Source: a virus | DNA: 33,112 bases | Reading direction: 5' to 3' (one strand) | IMG/VR virus record: IMGVR_UViG_3300001865_000264 | Part shown: positions 9,930 through 18,950 of the stretch, piece by piece | How the letters are laid out: each line of letters opens with the position of its first letter | Position numbering within the stretch: the stretch's first letter is position 1 | Notes under the pieces: generated by a model | Told to the model about the DNA's origin: nothing | The model's input: only the letters and a program-made list of their open reading frames with translations | Databases searched by the model: none | Made by a program: the position numbers and the translations under genes

Positions 9930-9942
9930 AAAAAGAAAAAAA
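9930..9942 (-). terminator. U-rich tract (archaeal terminator/attenuator) upstream of TMP
   Basis: Minus strand reads TTTTTTTCTTTTT just after the stop of the chaperone extension frame. Confidence 0.45.
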
Positions 9943-9947
9943 GGTAT

Positions 9948-10100
9948 TTATTCAGTTTTATTCATCTCATTATGTAGATCCATCCTACCTTTTGAGATGA
10001 AATAGGCTTGAATAGGAGTTAACTCATTTTGACATACTGTCAAATGGTAGCCGCAGTAATCAAGCCATATAATTTCGGCAGCTTCTTCAGTCTTCAGGAA
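9948..10100 (-). CDS. Frameshift extension (gpT-like) of the tail assembly chaperone, +1 frame
   Basis: Open 50-codon frame FLKTEEAAEIIWLDYCGYHLTVCQNELTPIQAYFISKGRMDLHNEMNKTE overlapping the chaperone end, no clear RBS/ATG, fills the gap to TMP. Confidence 0.75.
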   Translation of the reverse strand, partial: FLKTEEAAEIIWLDYCGYHLTVCQNELTPIQAYFISKGRMDLHNEMNKTE

Positions 10101-10554
10101 AGGAATCAATATCTTTTTTCAGATCTTCTTCATTGTCAATGTCAATACCTGAAAGTTTTTGAACAGCTGTGAATATTTCATCAAAAGCATTTGATTTAAG
10201 CTGTTGTATTTCCTCTTTTGTCCAGTCACTAGCTTCTTTGTGGTTGTTGTTCATTGAAAGATATAGGGCTTCTGTTTTTCCTTCAAATTCTGCTTTTGTC
10301 TGTTTTTCAAGGTCGATTATGCCCTTTGTGTGCATCTTTGATTTGCCTTTTGCCTGTCTTTTACCTTTCTGTGCTGCTCTGATTGCTTCCTCGTTAGCCT
10401 CAAATTTACCATAGGCTTTGGCTTCAATCTTCTCGATTTTATGCCATTCGTTCTTTGAAAGGGGACGGAGGGGAATTTCTCCACCTAAAGATTCTATTTC
10501 TACCAGTTCAGGGTCATTTACTCCACGTAATATATCTTCTTTTGATAAAACCAT
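10087..10554 (-). CDS. Tail assembly chaperone (gpG-like)
   Basis: Between tail tube and TMP; LSKEDIL....ELVEIESLGGEIPLRPLS pattern; acidic C terminus followed by an overlapping frame. Confidence 0.85.
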   Translation of the reverse strand: MVLSKEDILRGVNDPELVEIESLGGEIPLRPLSKNEWHKIEKIEAKAYGKFEANEEAIRAAQKGKRQAKGKSKMHTKGIIDLEKQTKAEFEGKTEALYLSMNNNHKEASDWTKEEIQQLKSNAFDEIFTAVQKLSGIDIDNEEDLKKDIDSFPED

Positions 10555-10571
10555 GCTTTTATCTCCTTAAA

Positions 10572-11861
10572 TCAGTCTTTTACCTTTATTACAAATGTTT
10601 CAGGTGTTTCATTTACAGACACAATTAAAGGTGTTATATTTAACACATCATTTCCAGAACTCTTTACTTCAACATTATAACTTCCGAGTGGTACTGTTGC
10701 AATAGAACAAGCTCCAGATGCACTTGTTGCGGAACTAGTTAATTTTGCATCTGTAATTCTGTTAGTAATAGTCACAGTAGCTCCTTGCACTGGAACTGGT
10801 GTTGTATCATCACTTTGAACTGTGAAATTCACATTAGCTGTTCCGGGTGCTCCGGGTTGGATTTTAGGCTGGTTATTCTGAAGTTTTACATACATATCTG
10901 TGACAACTTCTGTAGTGCCATCTGCAAGTGTGACTTTCTTTGTTGCCATTGTTTGAAGTTCAAATTTCACATCTATTTCATCCGCATCACTGGCTTCATA
11001 GTCCACGCTGAAAATACATTCAGGGAATAATATTTCCATGCTGTCGGTTGCATCTTCACAGAAGTGTATTGTAAGTTTTAATGGCAATTTGTAGAGTTTA
11101 CATTCACTCGGAGAATCTGCAACCTCTCCATACTCAGCCTTTGCAATCAGATCAAGGGTTTCCTGGACAAGTGTTGATTCAATACTAAGTGTGACCTCTC
11201 TTTTCTGTGCCTTTGCCTTGGTCTGAGGCTTACGACTACCCAATCCTATAGTTTTATCAATATTAAGATTGTTTTTACCTTCAAAACTGAATTTAGACAC
11301 TATACCTGGAGGTGTTGCACTATCTAAGAGTATGGCTATGTCATAGAATGCTATGAGTGTGTCATCTGGGATCATTTTTTGATCTGCAGGTTCAGGAACT
11401 TCTAGGATTCTTGTTTCATCTTTGTATTTCCACTCGACAGATCCGTCCATGAACTCATCACCAACTTCGAGTTTTAGACTATCGCAGAGCATTCCAACAA
11501 GTTTTTTCATTACTATGTCAAATGTGCTCCATCCTGTGAAGCTCGGTAGTTCAGTGTTTTCACCTCCCCAAAATTCGTGTATGTTTGTGTTGTTTCCACC
11601 AGCTGTGAAGACATAGTTTCCCAGAAATGCTTTCATATAATGTCCTATTCTTTTCAAGTCACATTTCATATCATAACTAGCTTCAGGTTTCATTACTCCT
11701 GCTTTTGCCTTTTTAACACTCCTTGAACCTCCGGAGTAGGTCATTGGTTTAGTGTTTGGTGTGGCTTTGGCTTTGCTTACTTCTTGATGCCAATCAGGTA
11801 CATTGTCTGATGCTGTCCCATATTTGGCTTCTTCTTTTAATCCTAATACTCGATTTGCCAT
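10572..11861 (-). CDS. Major tail tube protein with C-terminal Ig-like appendage
   Basis: LGLKEEAKYGT N terminus, FSFEGKNNL, REVTLSIE tube motifs; after a PGAPG linker a ~90-aa beta domain (FTVQ..VQGATVTI..VPLGSYNVEV). Confidence 0.82.
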   Translation of the reverse strand: MANRVLGLKEEAKYGTASDNVPDWHQEVSKAKATPNTKPMTYSGGSRSVKKAKAGVMKPEASYDMKCDLKRIGHYMKAFLGNYVFTAGGNNTNIHEFWGGENTELPSFTGWSTFDIVMKKLVGMLCDSLKLEVGDEFMDGSVEWKYKDETRILEVPEPADQKMIPDDTLIAFYDIAILLDSATPPGIVSKFSFEGKNNLNIDKTIGLGSRKPQTKAKAQKREVTLSIESTLVQETLDLIAKAEYGEVADSPSECKLYKLPLKLTIHFCEDATDSMEILFPECIFSVDYEASDADEIDVKFELQTMATKKVTLADGTTEVVTDMYVKLQNNQPKIQPGAPGTANVNFTVQSDDTTPVPVQGATVTITNRITDAKLTSSATSASGACSIATVPLGSYNVEVKSSGNDVLNITPLIVSVNETPETFVIKVKD

Positions 11862-11873
11862 GAGTTTTACCTC

Positions 11874-12380
11874 CTATTTTTTGCATTCCAGCCAACTTAT
11901 TGGATAAATAAAGTCAAAAATTATTGATGCAACTGGAACTGATTCGTTATTTCCCTCCACGTTTACCTCTCCGTCAGGAATTAATTCGTTGAAGTTCACG
12001 AATTGAAAGATACGGTTAGGGTCGTTTGGGTTTTCCTTTAAAATGTTAAAATGAGTTATTATACATGCACCCACCCGGGTTGCAAGGTTTTTAGCTTTTT
12101 CTGTTGCTATTTCTGGATCCTTATCATATTCAACACAAACAAACTCAAAAGATGTTTGTAGATAATTTGTTCGACTTAGGTTCGCTTTTGAACCTGGTTG
12201 TGGTATTGTAGGGTGCTCAACAATCCAAACAAGAGGAGTGTCAACACCAACATCACTCTTAGGTCCTACGATAACGTTTTTAACATCTTCTAATATTCCT
12301 CCAGGTTTAACCTCATATTTTATGTAGTTGGGAACGGTTCTTGAAACAGTATCTAATCCTTTGACTATTCCCTGGGCCAT
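11874..12380 (-). CDS. Tail terminator/completion protein
   Basis: Position before tail tube, 168 aa, P.VWIVE and beta-rich C terminus; mainly synteny. Confidence 0.65.
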   Translation of the reverse strand: MAQGIVKGLDTVSRTVPNYIKYEVKPGGILEDVKNVIVGPKSDVGVDTPLVWIVEHPTIPQPGSKANLSRTNYLQTSFEFVCVEYDKDPEIATEKAKNLATRVGACIITHFNILKENPNDPNRIFQFVNFNELIPDGEVNVEGNNESVPVASIIFDFIYPISWLECKK

Positions 12381-12386
12381 TAGTAT

Positions 12387-12830
12387 TCATCCTCCCTGTG
12401 TTTCCCTCACAGCTCTTATTGTGAATTCAGGCACTCTTCTCTCTGTTTGTTTTATACTTTTTTCAACGAATTTCCGGGGTTTCATACCACGAACCCATGG
12501 TACTGCAATCATCCTACCCTTGTATTTGAAAGGTCCAAGTAGTCGAGCAGTTTTCGGTCGTATTAACTGGCCACGTGGCCCATATATTCCAGTACCATCA
12601 TTAACCCATTTTGTGTAGATTGCACTGCTGATGATTTTCTGATTTAATTCTCCACTGAATTGGCCGGAGATTAACCAGCTACCTTGCATCTTTCCATGAT
12701 CAACAGGACTGTTTCTTTGAAGATTTCCACGTAATTCCATCACTGATAAATCAACAGTTCGTCTGACAGCTTTTTGAGTCATCTTTGCAGGACTTTTATC
12801 TAATTTAACTGTCACTCCCAAATTAGACAT
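12387..12830 (-). CDS. HK97 gp10-like neck/tail completion protein
   Basis: SPVDHGKMQGSW, SAIYTKWVNDGTG, VRGMKPRKFVEKSI; start moved to ATG 12830, overlapping the upstream stop by 8 nt. Confidence 0.8.
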   Translation of the reverse strand: MSNLGVTVKLDKSPAKMTQKAVRRTVDLSVMELRGNLQRNSPVDHGKMQGSWLISGQFSGELNQKIISSAIYTKWVNDGTGIYGPRGQLIRPKTARLLGPFKYKGRMIAVPWVRGMKPRKFVEKSIKQTERRVPEFTIRAVRETQGG

Positions 12831-13230
12831 TGTATAAGTCAGCTCCTGTAACTGCTGAAAAATCAACATTATCTGATTTGGTGGATTTGTCAACAACAAA
12901 AGGATTTAAATCTGCTTTAAGTGAATCATTGAATACATTATCATCACTGATTTTGATAGTCCAATCATTGACTTTTACCAGGGCGGTTTCACGTCTTGCA
13001 ACAGCCAGGGCAACCATATTAGCCACCAATCTTAAACAAACATTGCCCACTGCTCCAGGGACATTATCTGTCCAGGAAGTGTGACAATAACTGTCAATTA
13101 GACTTTCAGCTTGTGAAATCCATTTAGTGAGTAAAGTGTTAAGGCCTTCATTGTCATCTCCATCCAGTTTTAGCTTCTTAGGGGTAACACCGGTTAATCC
13201 TATTACTTCCTCAGTGGTACAATATGTCAT
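12823..13230 (-). CDS. Head-tail adaptor (gp6/gp15-like)
   Basis: MTYCTTEEV, L..WISQAESLIDSYC, VP.AV..VCLRLVANM; directly after MCP. Confidence 0.8.
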   Translation of the reverse strand: MTYCTTEEVIGLTGVTPKKLKLDGDDNEGLNTLLTKWISQAESLIDSYCHTSWTDNVPGAVGNVCLRLVANMVALAVARRETALVKVNDWTIKISDDNVFNDSLKADLNPFVVDKSTKSDNVDFSAVTGADLYNV

Positions 13231-13249
13231 GTTGAATCACTATCCTGTC

Positions 13250-13264
13250 AAAAAAAGAGAAAAA
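13250..13264 (-). terminator. U-rich terminator after the capsid gene
   Basis: Minus strand TTTTTCTCTTTTTTT about 20 nt after the MCP stop. Confidence 0.55.
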
Positions 13265-13282
13265 TGTGCTAAGTTAACCAAT

Positions 13283-14263
13283 TTATACTGGTTTTGTCTG
13301 GTCTGAGAGTGCAATTACATTCACAGCGGGGTTCTCATAGCCCTGGTCCGTTTCCTGGGTTAAGACATAATCAGTTCTGCGTAGTTTTGGAATCCTGTCA
13401 GGCTCAATGGTAACGTTGTAGAATATACCAAATGTAATGTTGTTAATGTCTTGTAACATAGAAACATTACCATATCCATTAGTAGTGTCTAATATTTCAC
13501 TGTCATTCAAGACTGATGCTTCACGAACAGGGATCCCTTTGTAGGGTCTTGCTACGTTGTTGCTGATTGCATCATCACCTGCAACAGTGGGTCTTTCACC
13601 AACTTCATCAATGTAAGTATCAAACTGATCACTGTTCAAGTAGAATCTAAGATTTGAACGGTTTTTCAGGTAGTTCCTGGGATAAGCTTTTAGCATGGCT
13701 TTCATCATGTCGGTGACTTTTCCTGCTTTGTCAAATGCTTTACCTGTTCCGGTTCCGTAGATTTTATTGGTTGATTTTTTAATCCAACCGTCCTGGCTTT
13801 CGAGTAAACTACCTGTAGTGTACTTATCTTTGTCCCCACCTACTGCAAGGGACTCCCAGTCTTCACCGGCCTGCTGACCCATCATTGAAACAAGAGTAGT
13901 ATTAAAAGAAGTACCTTCTACATTTCTTCGCAGTGATTTATCAGTTATTCCTACTGTGGCAATGAATTCTTCGGCTTTTAACTGTTCCTGTGCAAAGTCA
14001 GGACTCTTGGTGGTTCCTTCCTGGTTTTCAACTGCTTTTTCAAGTATTCTACCACTGAATCCTACCCTGTCAATATTCTGTACCTGGGCAGTCATCTTAA
14101 TTAGTCGGGCTTCGGAGAGTATTGTTTTATCACGAGTAGCAGCTAAAACATATTTGTTGAAATATGCAGGTTGTAATATGCTTGCACCTAGCTTATCTGT
14201 GGTGGTTATGTCTTTAAATGCAGCTGAAAGCTGATTTAACATGTTTGTATTATCTTCTGTCAT
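13283..14263 (-). CDS. Major capsid protein, HK97 fold
   Basis: GASILQPAYFNKYV, KAEEFIATVGITDKSLRRNVEG, SQDGWIK, RPYKGIPV, NITFGIFYNVTIE; start moved to ATG 14263 behind GGAGGT (14271-14276). Confidence 0.88.
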   Translation of the reverse strand: MTEDNTNMLNQLSAAFKDITTTDKLGASILQPAYFNKYVLAATRDKTILSEARLIKMTAQVQNIDRVGFSGRILEKAVENQEGTTKSPDFAQEQLKAEEFIATVGITDKSLRRNVEGTSFNTTLVSMMGQQAGEDWESLAVGGDKDKYTTGSLLESQDGWIKKSTNKIYGTGTGKAFDKAGKVTDMMKAMLKAYPRNYLKNRSNLRFYLNSDQFDTYIDEVGERPTVAGDDAISNNVARPYKGIPVREASVLNDSEILDTTNGYGNVSMLQDINNITFGIFYNVTIEPDRIPKLRRTDYVLTQETDQGYENPAVNVIALSDQTKPV

Positions 14264-14281
14264 TTTATTTACCTCCAAATT

Positions 14282-15295
14282 TTACATTTTGCAACCGTTT
14301 AAATCACGGCCTAATTCTTCTTCAAAAGATTTAATCACAGGAGTGGGGTTTTTTTCTCCATTAGGTTTTAGAGATTTAGATGCTCCTTTACTTTCAGGAG
14401 TTTCCTCTTCATCTTCCTCTTCTTTTGATTTTTTACTTGAACTGGTGAGTTTGGTTCCGCAGCTGCTACAATATTTATCATCTGTTTTAACTACCGCACC
14501 ACAGTTAGAACATTTTGTTGGACCTCCTCCTGAGGAAGATTGTTTCTGGGCTTTCATAGCTTTGTCAACAGCCTTGTCAACAATTTCTTCAATGTCTGAT
14601 TTTTCAACATATTCCTTAGTTTCATTTTCTTTTTCTTTAGTCACATTAACGCCTCCATTTTCTGATTTTGGGTTTATAAAATTTGTTAAAAGATTTATAG
14701 CTTCTTGAATCTTATTTTTAGATTGTTTTGAAATCACTCTACCCTCTTTACCTACAAAATTGGGATTGCTTTTAGTACTGCATGAATTATCCACACAAGG
14801 GTTTTTTGTCAAAGTCAATGTGAAAGCAACAGGATTATTAATATCCTTGATTAAAACTCGGCTTTTCAGGGATGCCATAACCTTATCAGCATCTTCTTTT
14901 GATAAAACTGAAACTGAATAAGCTATTTCACCTTTTAATGCTGCTTCCATCATTTCAGGGTCAGTTATTTTACTCTTTACCACCCAGGTTCCTGCAGGAT
15001 ATTCACGTTCTTCACCTTTGATGTTTTTCATCACTTTGGGGGCATCAAGTAGATATGATTCCACGGGATCCCCCATGTTTTTCTTAGTTACAAGGAATTC
15101 GTGTTCTTTGTCGATTATCCTGTAATTCATGAATTCATGTGCTATTTTTGCAACTTTTTCTGCCGTGAGTATTTCTTCACCATTTGCAGCGTCACAATCT
15201 GGTTCTCCTGGGATGAGGGCTGTTCCTGTGAACATGACATGGTCTTTTGCTTTTTCAACTGCTAAAACACTTGATTTAGAATTAGATATTCTCAT
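14282..15295 (-). CDS. XkdF-like prohead protease fused to a scaffold region containing a Zn ribbon
   Basis: GTALIPGEPD..GEEILTAEKVAKIAHEFM...IDKEH, PVESY, PAGTWVV..KI.D, YSV pattern; charged C-terminal half with CSNC-x11-CSSC; GGAGGTGA RBS. Confidence 0.78.
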   Translation of the reverse strand: MRISNSKSSVLAVEKAKDHVMFTGTALIPGEPDCDAANGEEILTAEKVAKIAHEFMNYRIIDKEHEFLVTKKNMGDPVESYLLDAPKVMKNIKGEEREYPAGTWVVKSKITDPEMMEAALKGEIAYSVSVLSKEDADKVMASLKSRVLIKDINNPVAFTLTLTKNPCVDNSCSTKSNPNFVGKEGRVISKQSKNKIQEAINLLTNFINPKSENGGVNVTKEKENETKEYVEKSDIEEIVDKAVDKAMKAQKQSSSGGGPTKCSNCGAVVKTDDKYCSSCGTKLTSSSKKSKEEEDEEETPESKGASKSLKPNGEKNPTPVIKSFEEELGRDLNGCKM

Positions 15296-15324
15296 AAAAA
15301 TTCACCTCCAAAAAATTAGTTTTA

Positions 15325-15474
15325 TTATTCTTCAAAAATTTTGATTAACTTCTTTTTAACTCTATAACGTTCAATACCTTCTTTAAATCCTTTAAAAAAT
15401 GGTATGATAACTAATTCTAAGAAAAGGATTAAGAAAGCTAGAGCTAAGAAGAGATAAAGTAATGCAAAATTCAG
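15325..15474 (-). CDS. Candidate 49-aa single-pass membrane protein (CTG start)
   Basis: (M)NFALLYLFLALAFLILFLELVIIPFFKGFKEGIERYRVKKKLIKIFEE; GGGGGTGA RBS 6 nt before CTG; hydrophobic N-half, basic tail. Confidence 0.5.
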   Translation of the reverse strand: MNFALLYLFLALAFLILFLELVIIPFFKGFKEGIERYRVKKKLIKIFEE

Positions 15475-15568
15475 AGGACATCACCCCCTATAGAAATTGG
15501 TTTAAAGCTAAAGCTAAAGGTCTAAAACAGAAATGAGTTTAAATAAAAAGAGAATAGTAAAAATTAAT

Positions 15569-15865
15569 TTATAATGTATTTATACCCTGTTTTTCATCAT
15601 CTTCTAATGTTTTTTTAACAGCTTCGTCAAATTCTTTCCAATGCTCTGATTCTTCATATTTGCCCCTGTAAGGATTTTCTTTTAATTCCTCATTTACAAG
15701 AACACCATTAGAATCATAGGTTTGTATAAGCATGTTACGAGCATCTAATGAATATTTTTCACTAAAATCTCCATTTTTATCTAAATAGCTTATAACATGT
15801 TTTCCACCATTTTCTAACTTTGTTGTTTCTTGCTCTATATTCCCGGGCATAGTTATCATAATCAA
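15569..15865 (-). CDS. Small acidic protein, candidate immunity protein for the MuF C-terminal domain
   Basis: Starts directly after the MuF stop with AGGAG RBS inside the MuF end; 98 aa; start could be TTG 15865 or ATG 15859. Function inferred from position only. Confidence 0.7.
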   Translation of the reverse strand: MIMITMPGNIEQETTKLENGGKHVISYLDKNGDFSEKYSLDARNMLIQTYDSNGVLVNEELKENPYRGKYEESEHWKEFDEAVKKTLEDDEKQGINTL

Positions 15866-17437
15866 TCAAACTCCTAACAATGTCTTAATAAATTCAGCAC
15901 GATTTGGGAATAATCTTCTAAAATTTAATCCTTCATCAGATTCAGGTAGTAAATATAATCTTATTGATTCTGCGAAATCATCACTAAAAGCTGATTCGGG
16001 ACTTGTTACTGCTCTATTATAAAACGATTTTTTCGCATAAGATGAAGGCCATCGCTCTCCATTTAATAGATTATCTGCTCTAACTGCATTTAAATATTCA
16101 GTACTTGATGAATATTTGTACAGATGAGTTGAACTATCAAGTATGTGTGCAGCTTCATGAGGAATAGTTACATTCTTGATATAAAGCGCTGGATTTCGAC
16201 CACCAGGAGGTAACAAACACATCCAATCTCTTCCAGAGATAGTAAACCCGGTTGTATATCCTTCTCCTCTTTGGATTGTCTGATCTTCTATGAAAATACT
16301 TTTAACTGGGCCTTTTAACTTCTGAGGTAGATTACTGTAACCCTTATAAACATCATCATGACTTACAAAAGGAGTTCTATCCCTTATTGTATTAAATATT
16401 GTGATTGTGTTGTTTGCACCGTCACCATGCCTGTAACTTACACCAACATACCTTTTACGACCTAATTCTGTTCTTAATTCTCGTGTTCTTCTGATATTAC
16501 TCTTAACAATTTCTCTATCAGAATCATCAACAGGATAAAAAATACCTTCCTGGTCAAATCCAGGAATAGGAATCAAATCACCTTCAAAGAAGGTAGTTTC
16601 ACCTGGAGGAGCCATCATGCCCAAAGGCATCAAATAAGGTACAGTAGTACACCTACAGTGGATCCATTCCTTCTTAGGACCACTACGGTCACCAGGCCTT
16701 GTGAGGCTATTGCTGAATTGTGATCCTACCTTGGTAATCTGACCATGGATGGCCCGATGACTATCACGGACCCGTGCATCCTGACCAGTCCACCACTGAT
16801 GATAACTGATATCAAAATCATAGTAAGCCTGAAAAGCCCCTTCATTCTGTGCACTGTTAATCTCTGTCCTTGCTATACGTGTTGCTTCATATCCACTAAG
16901 TTTGCTAAATTCCTTCTGCAGACTCCGGGCAGCATTATCAATACCAACACCGTCATTATAACTCTGAGCAAGGTTTTTGGATATGTTATGGTTAACCCTG
17001 TCCATCACTCCCTGTGATGCTACGAAAGATTTATTCTTGATATTTTCACGGGTTGCCTTATCAATGCCAAAGAAATCATTTCCACGAGTAATATTCAGGG
17101 CTTTGGTTGCAATATTCAGATTAAATTCCTCCTCCAATAATTTAATCAACGTTGCATTCCTACCATAACCCTGTATGAAATGTTTTTCATTGGTTTGTGC
17201 TATTAGTTGACTGTAAACAACCCGTAAATCATCCAATGGAGATATAATGGAATAAAAATCAGTAGGTATCTCATCATAAGATTGTAAATTTTTAAGGATC
17301 TGTTTTTCAGTGACAATGAAAAGGGAGGATAATTCATTAGATAGTTGTGTTTCAGCAGCTAAACGATCATCATAATTTTGTTTTAAGACGTTTAAAAGCT
17401 GCTTTGACTGCTGCAACTGTGCTTTCACTGCTAGCAT
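15866..17437 (-). CDS. MuF/SPP1 gp7-like head morphogenesis protein with C-terminal HExxH metallopeptidase domain
   Basis: ATRIARTEINSAQNEG, WWTGQDARVRDSH.AIHGQ, PGD..GP.KEWIHCRC MuF motifs; then ~245 aa with IPHEAAHILD and DDFAESI; start ATG 17437 behind GGAGGGG. Confidence 0.88.
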   Translation of the reverse strand: MLAVKAQLQQSKQLLNVLKQNYDDRLAAETQLSNELSSLFIVTEKQILKNLQSYDEIPTDFYSIISPLDDLRVVYSQLIAQTNEKHFIQGYGRNATLIKLLEEEFNLNIATKALNITRGNDFFGIDKATRENIKNKSFVASQGVMDRVNHNISKNLAQSYNDGVGIDNAARSLQKEFSKLSGYEATRIARTEINSAQNEGAFQAYYDFDISYHQWWTGQDARVRDSHRAIHGQITKVGSQFSNSLTRPGDRSGPKKEWIHCRCTTVPYLMPLGMMAPPGETTFFEGDLIPIPGFDQEGIFYPVDDSDREIVKSNIRRTRELRTELGRKRYVGVSYRHGDGANNTITIFNTIRDRTPFVSHDDVYKGYSNLPQKLKGPVKSIFIEDQTIQRGEGYTTGFTISGRDWMCLLPPGGRNPALYIKNVTIPHEAAHILDSSTHLYKYSSSTEYLNAVRADNLLNGERWPSSYAKKSFYNRAVTSPESAFSDDFAESIRLYLLPESDEGLNFRRLFPNRAEFIKTLLGV

Positions 17438-18950
17438 TGGACCCCTCCATACCATCAATTATTGACTCTTCCAAACCATCCAAAACTGTAGAGGTTCCAG
17501 GTGGATCCGCACTGGTGGAGGGATTCCAAACAAGGTCCAGAGGCTGGCCATTCAGGTAATATTCATCAAGATAAATATTATCAGGGTCATCTTTAAGACC
17601 AAAACGTTCCCCAAAGTATTGAATTAATTGTCTAGGAGTCATACTAGCCATATTGAACATTTTTTCAGCAATATTAACCTCACCTGCAAAATCAACTATA
17701 TCAATTTCTTTAAGTTGAAATTTGCAGTCTGTAAATCCAAACTCTTCCCTGATAAGCCAGTTCATATCATACTCATCATCACTTTGAAGGGGTTCAAGTA
17801 CACTAGTTTTGTATATTTTATCTGCATCTGCACTGTTAGAGCCACCGAGGGATCCTGTTTCATTTATACCTAACCGATAAGCAGGTACTCTGTGAGTTGC
17901 TAACACTTCATCCCGGTTATCTTTACGGTAAAGCCTGAAACTAGCCTCTTTAGTCTCAATGCTAAGTGGCTGAATCTTAACCTCAACATTACCTTCCTCA
18001 CCTTCTGAAGGTATTAAAATTGTAACTGCACTATGAGGGTTTTTGATGACTTCTTTCAACTGTTGAGATATTCTGTATCGAAGGGTTTTGGTTTCATCAT
18101 AACCCTCATCTCCAGGACGTTTATCATAATCTTTAAAATCTCCCACTACTGTCACGGCAAATGCAGGCATACCATAGTTTCGGAAGAAGGAACTATTATA
18201 ATCTCTACGACTAATGTCTCCATATATAGCCCCTATGGCTGGGATTACTTTGGGCATTCCATAGAAGTGAGATTTTGGGGTGTAGTCAAGATTCCAAAGA
18301 ATTTCATTAGCTAATTCTTCAACTGGTAATGAATTTGCAGGTTCTTTGTCTCCAGTGTTACAGTTCACATCAAAAAGAATATTCCCATTGTGATCTTTAT
18401 TTGAGCCATATAATACAAACCAGACCTCTTTATTTCCCACCTTTTGCTGAACTCTTATACCATCCTTATGTCTTCTGAGTGTTTGGCTAGGAATATGTTC
18501 TAAACTTGTTAATTTGGTCTTATATCCTCCTTCCCTGATTATTTCAATAGCACCATAACCTATACTTCGCCTATCATACTGACGCCTGTACAGTACATCA
18601 TTAACTTTGAAACTATTGAAAAAATTAGTTAAAACCCGTTTATGTCCCTCATTAATATCTTCCTCTTCACTCACAGGTTTAATACTAAAACCAAGACCAC
18701 CCGACTCCCGGGCCACCACATCACAGCACTGAGCATGATAAGTATTTCGTTCTAGCAAATCTGTGAGTTGTTCTGGATTATAAAGAGGCTCGTGAAGGTT
18801 TTCATAATCCCAACCATCATCTTTAATCTGTTTACTTTCACCTTCACCTTGAGCGGATTTAATGACATATCTGTCAAGGACATCTTTATTGACAACATCC
18901 CATTTGTCATCCATCTTCACTATAAAAGCATCAGGTTCTTTACCACTCAT
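17370..18950 (-). CDS. Portal protein (PBSX-like)
   Basis: After TerL; YGMPKVIPA, FFRNYGMPAFAVTV, EASFRLYRKDNRDEVLATHRVP.YRLG, TPRQL. Confidence 0.9.
   Translation of the reverse strand: MSGKEPDAFIVKMDDKWDVVNKDVLDRYVIKSAQGEGESKQIKDDGWDYENLHEPLYNPEQLTDLLERNTYHAQCCDVVARESGGLGFSIKPVSEEEDINEGHKRVLTNFFNSFKVNDVLYRRQYDRRSIGYGAIEIIREGGYKTKLTSLEHIPSQTLRRHKDGIRVQQKVGNKEVWFVLYGSNKDHNGNILFDVNCNTGDKEPANSLPVEELANEILWNLDYTPKSHFYGMPKVIPAIGAIYGDISRRDYNSSFFRNYGMPAFAVTVVGDFKDYDKRPGDEGYDETKTLRYRISQQLKEVIKNPHSAVTILIPSEGEEGNVEVKIQPLSIETKEASFRLYRKDNRDEVLATHRVPAYRLGINETGSLGGSNSADADKIYKTSVLEPLQSDDEYDMNWLIREEFGFTDCKFQLKEIDIVDFAGEVNIAEKMFNMASMTPRQLIQYFGERFGLKDDPDNIYLDEYYLNGQPLDLVWNPSTSADPPGTSTVLDGLEESIIDGMEGSNASSESTVAAVKAAFKRLKTKL

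Noticed and set aside
10113-10122. -1 frameshift at G AAA AAA G in the chaperone
   Set aside because: The -1 frame stops within a few codons (GAA AAA AGA TAT TGA); only the +1 frame is open.
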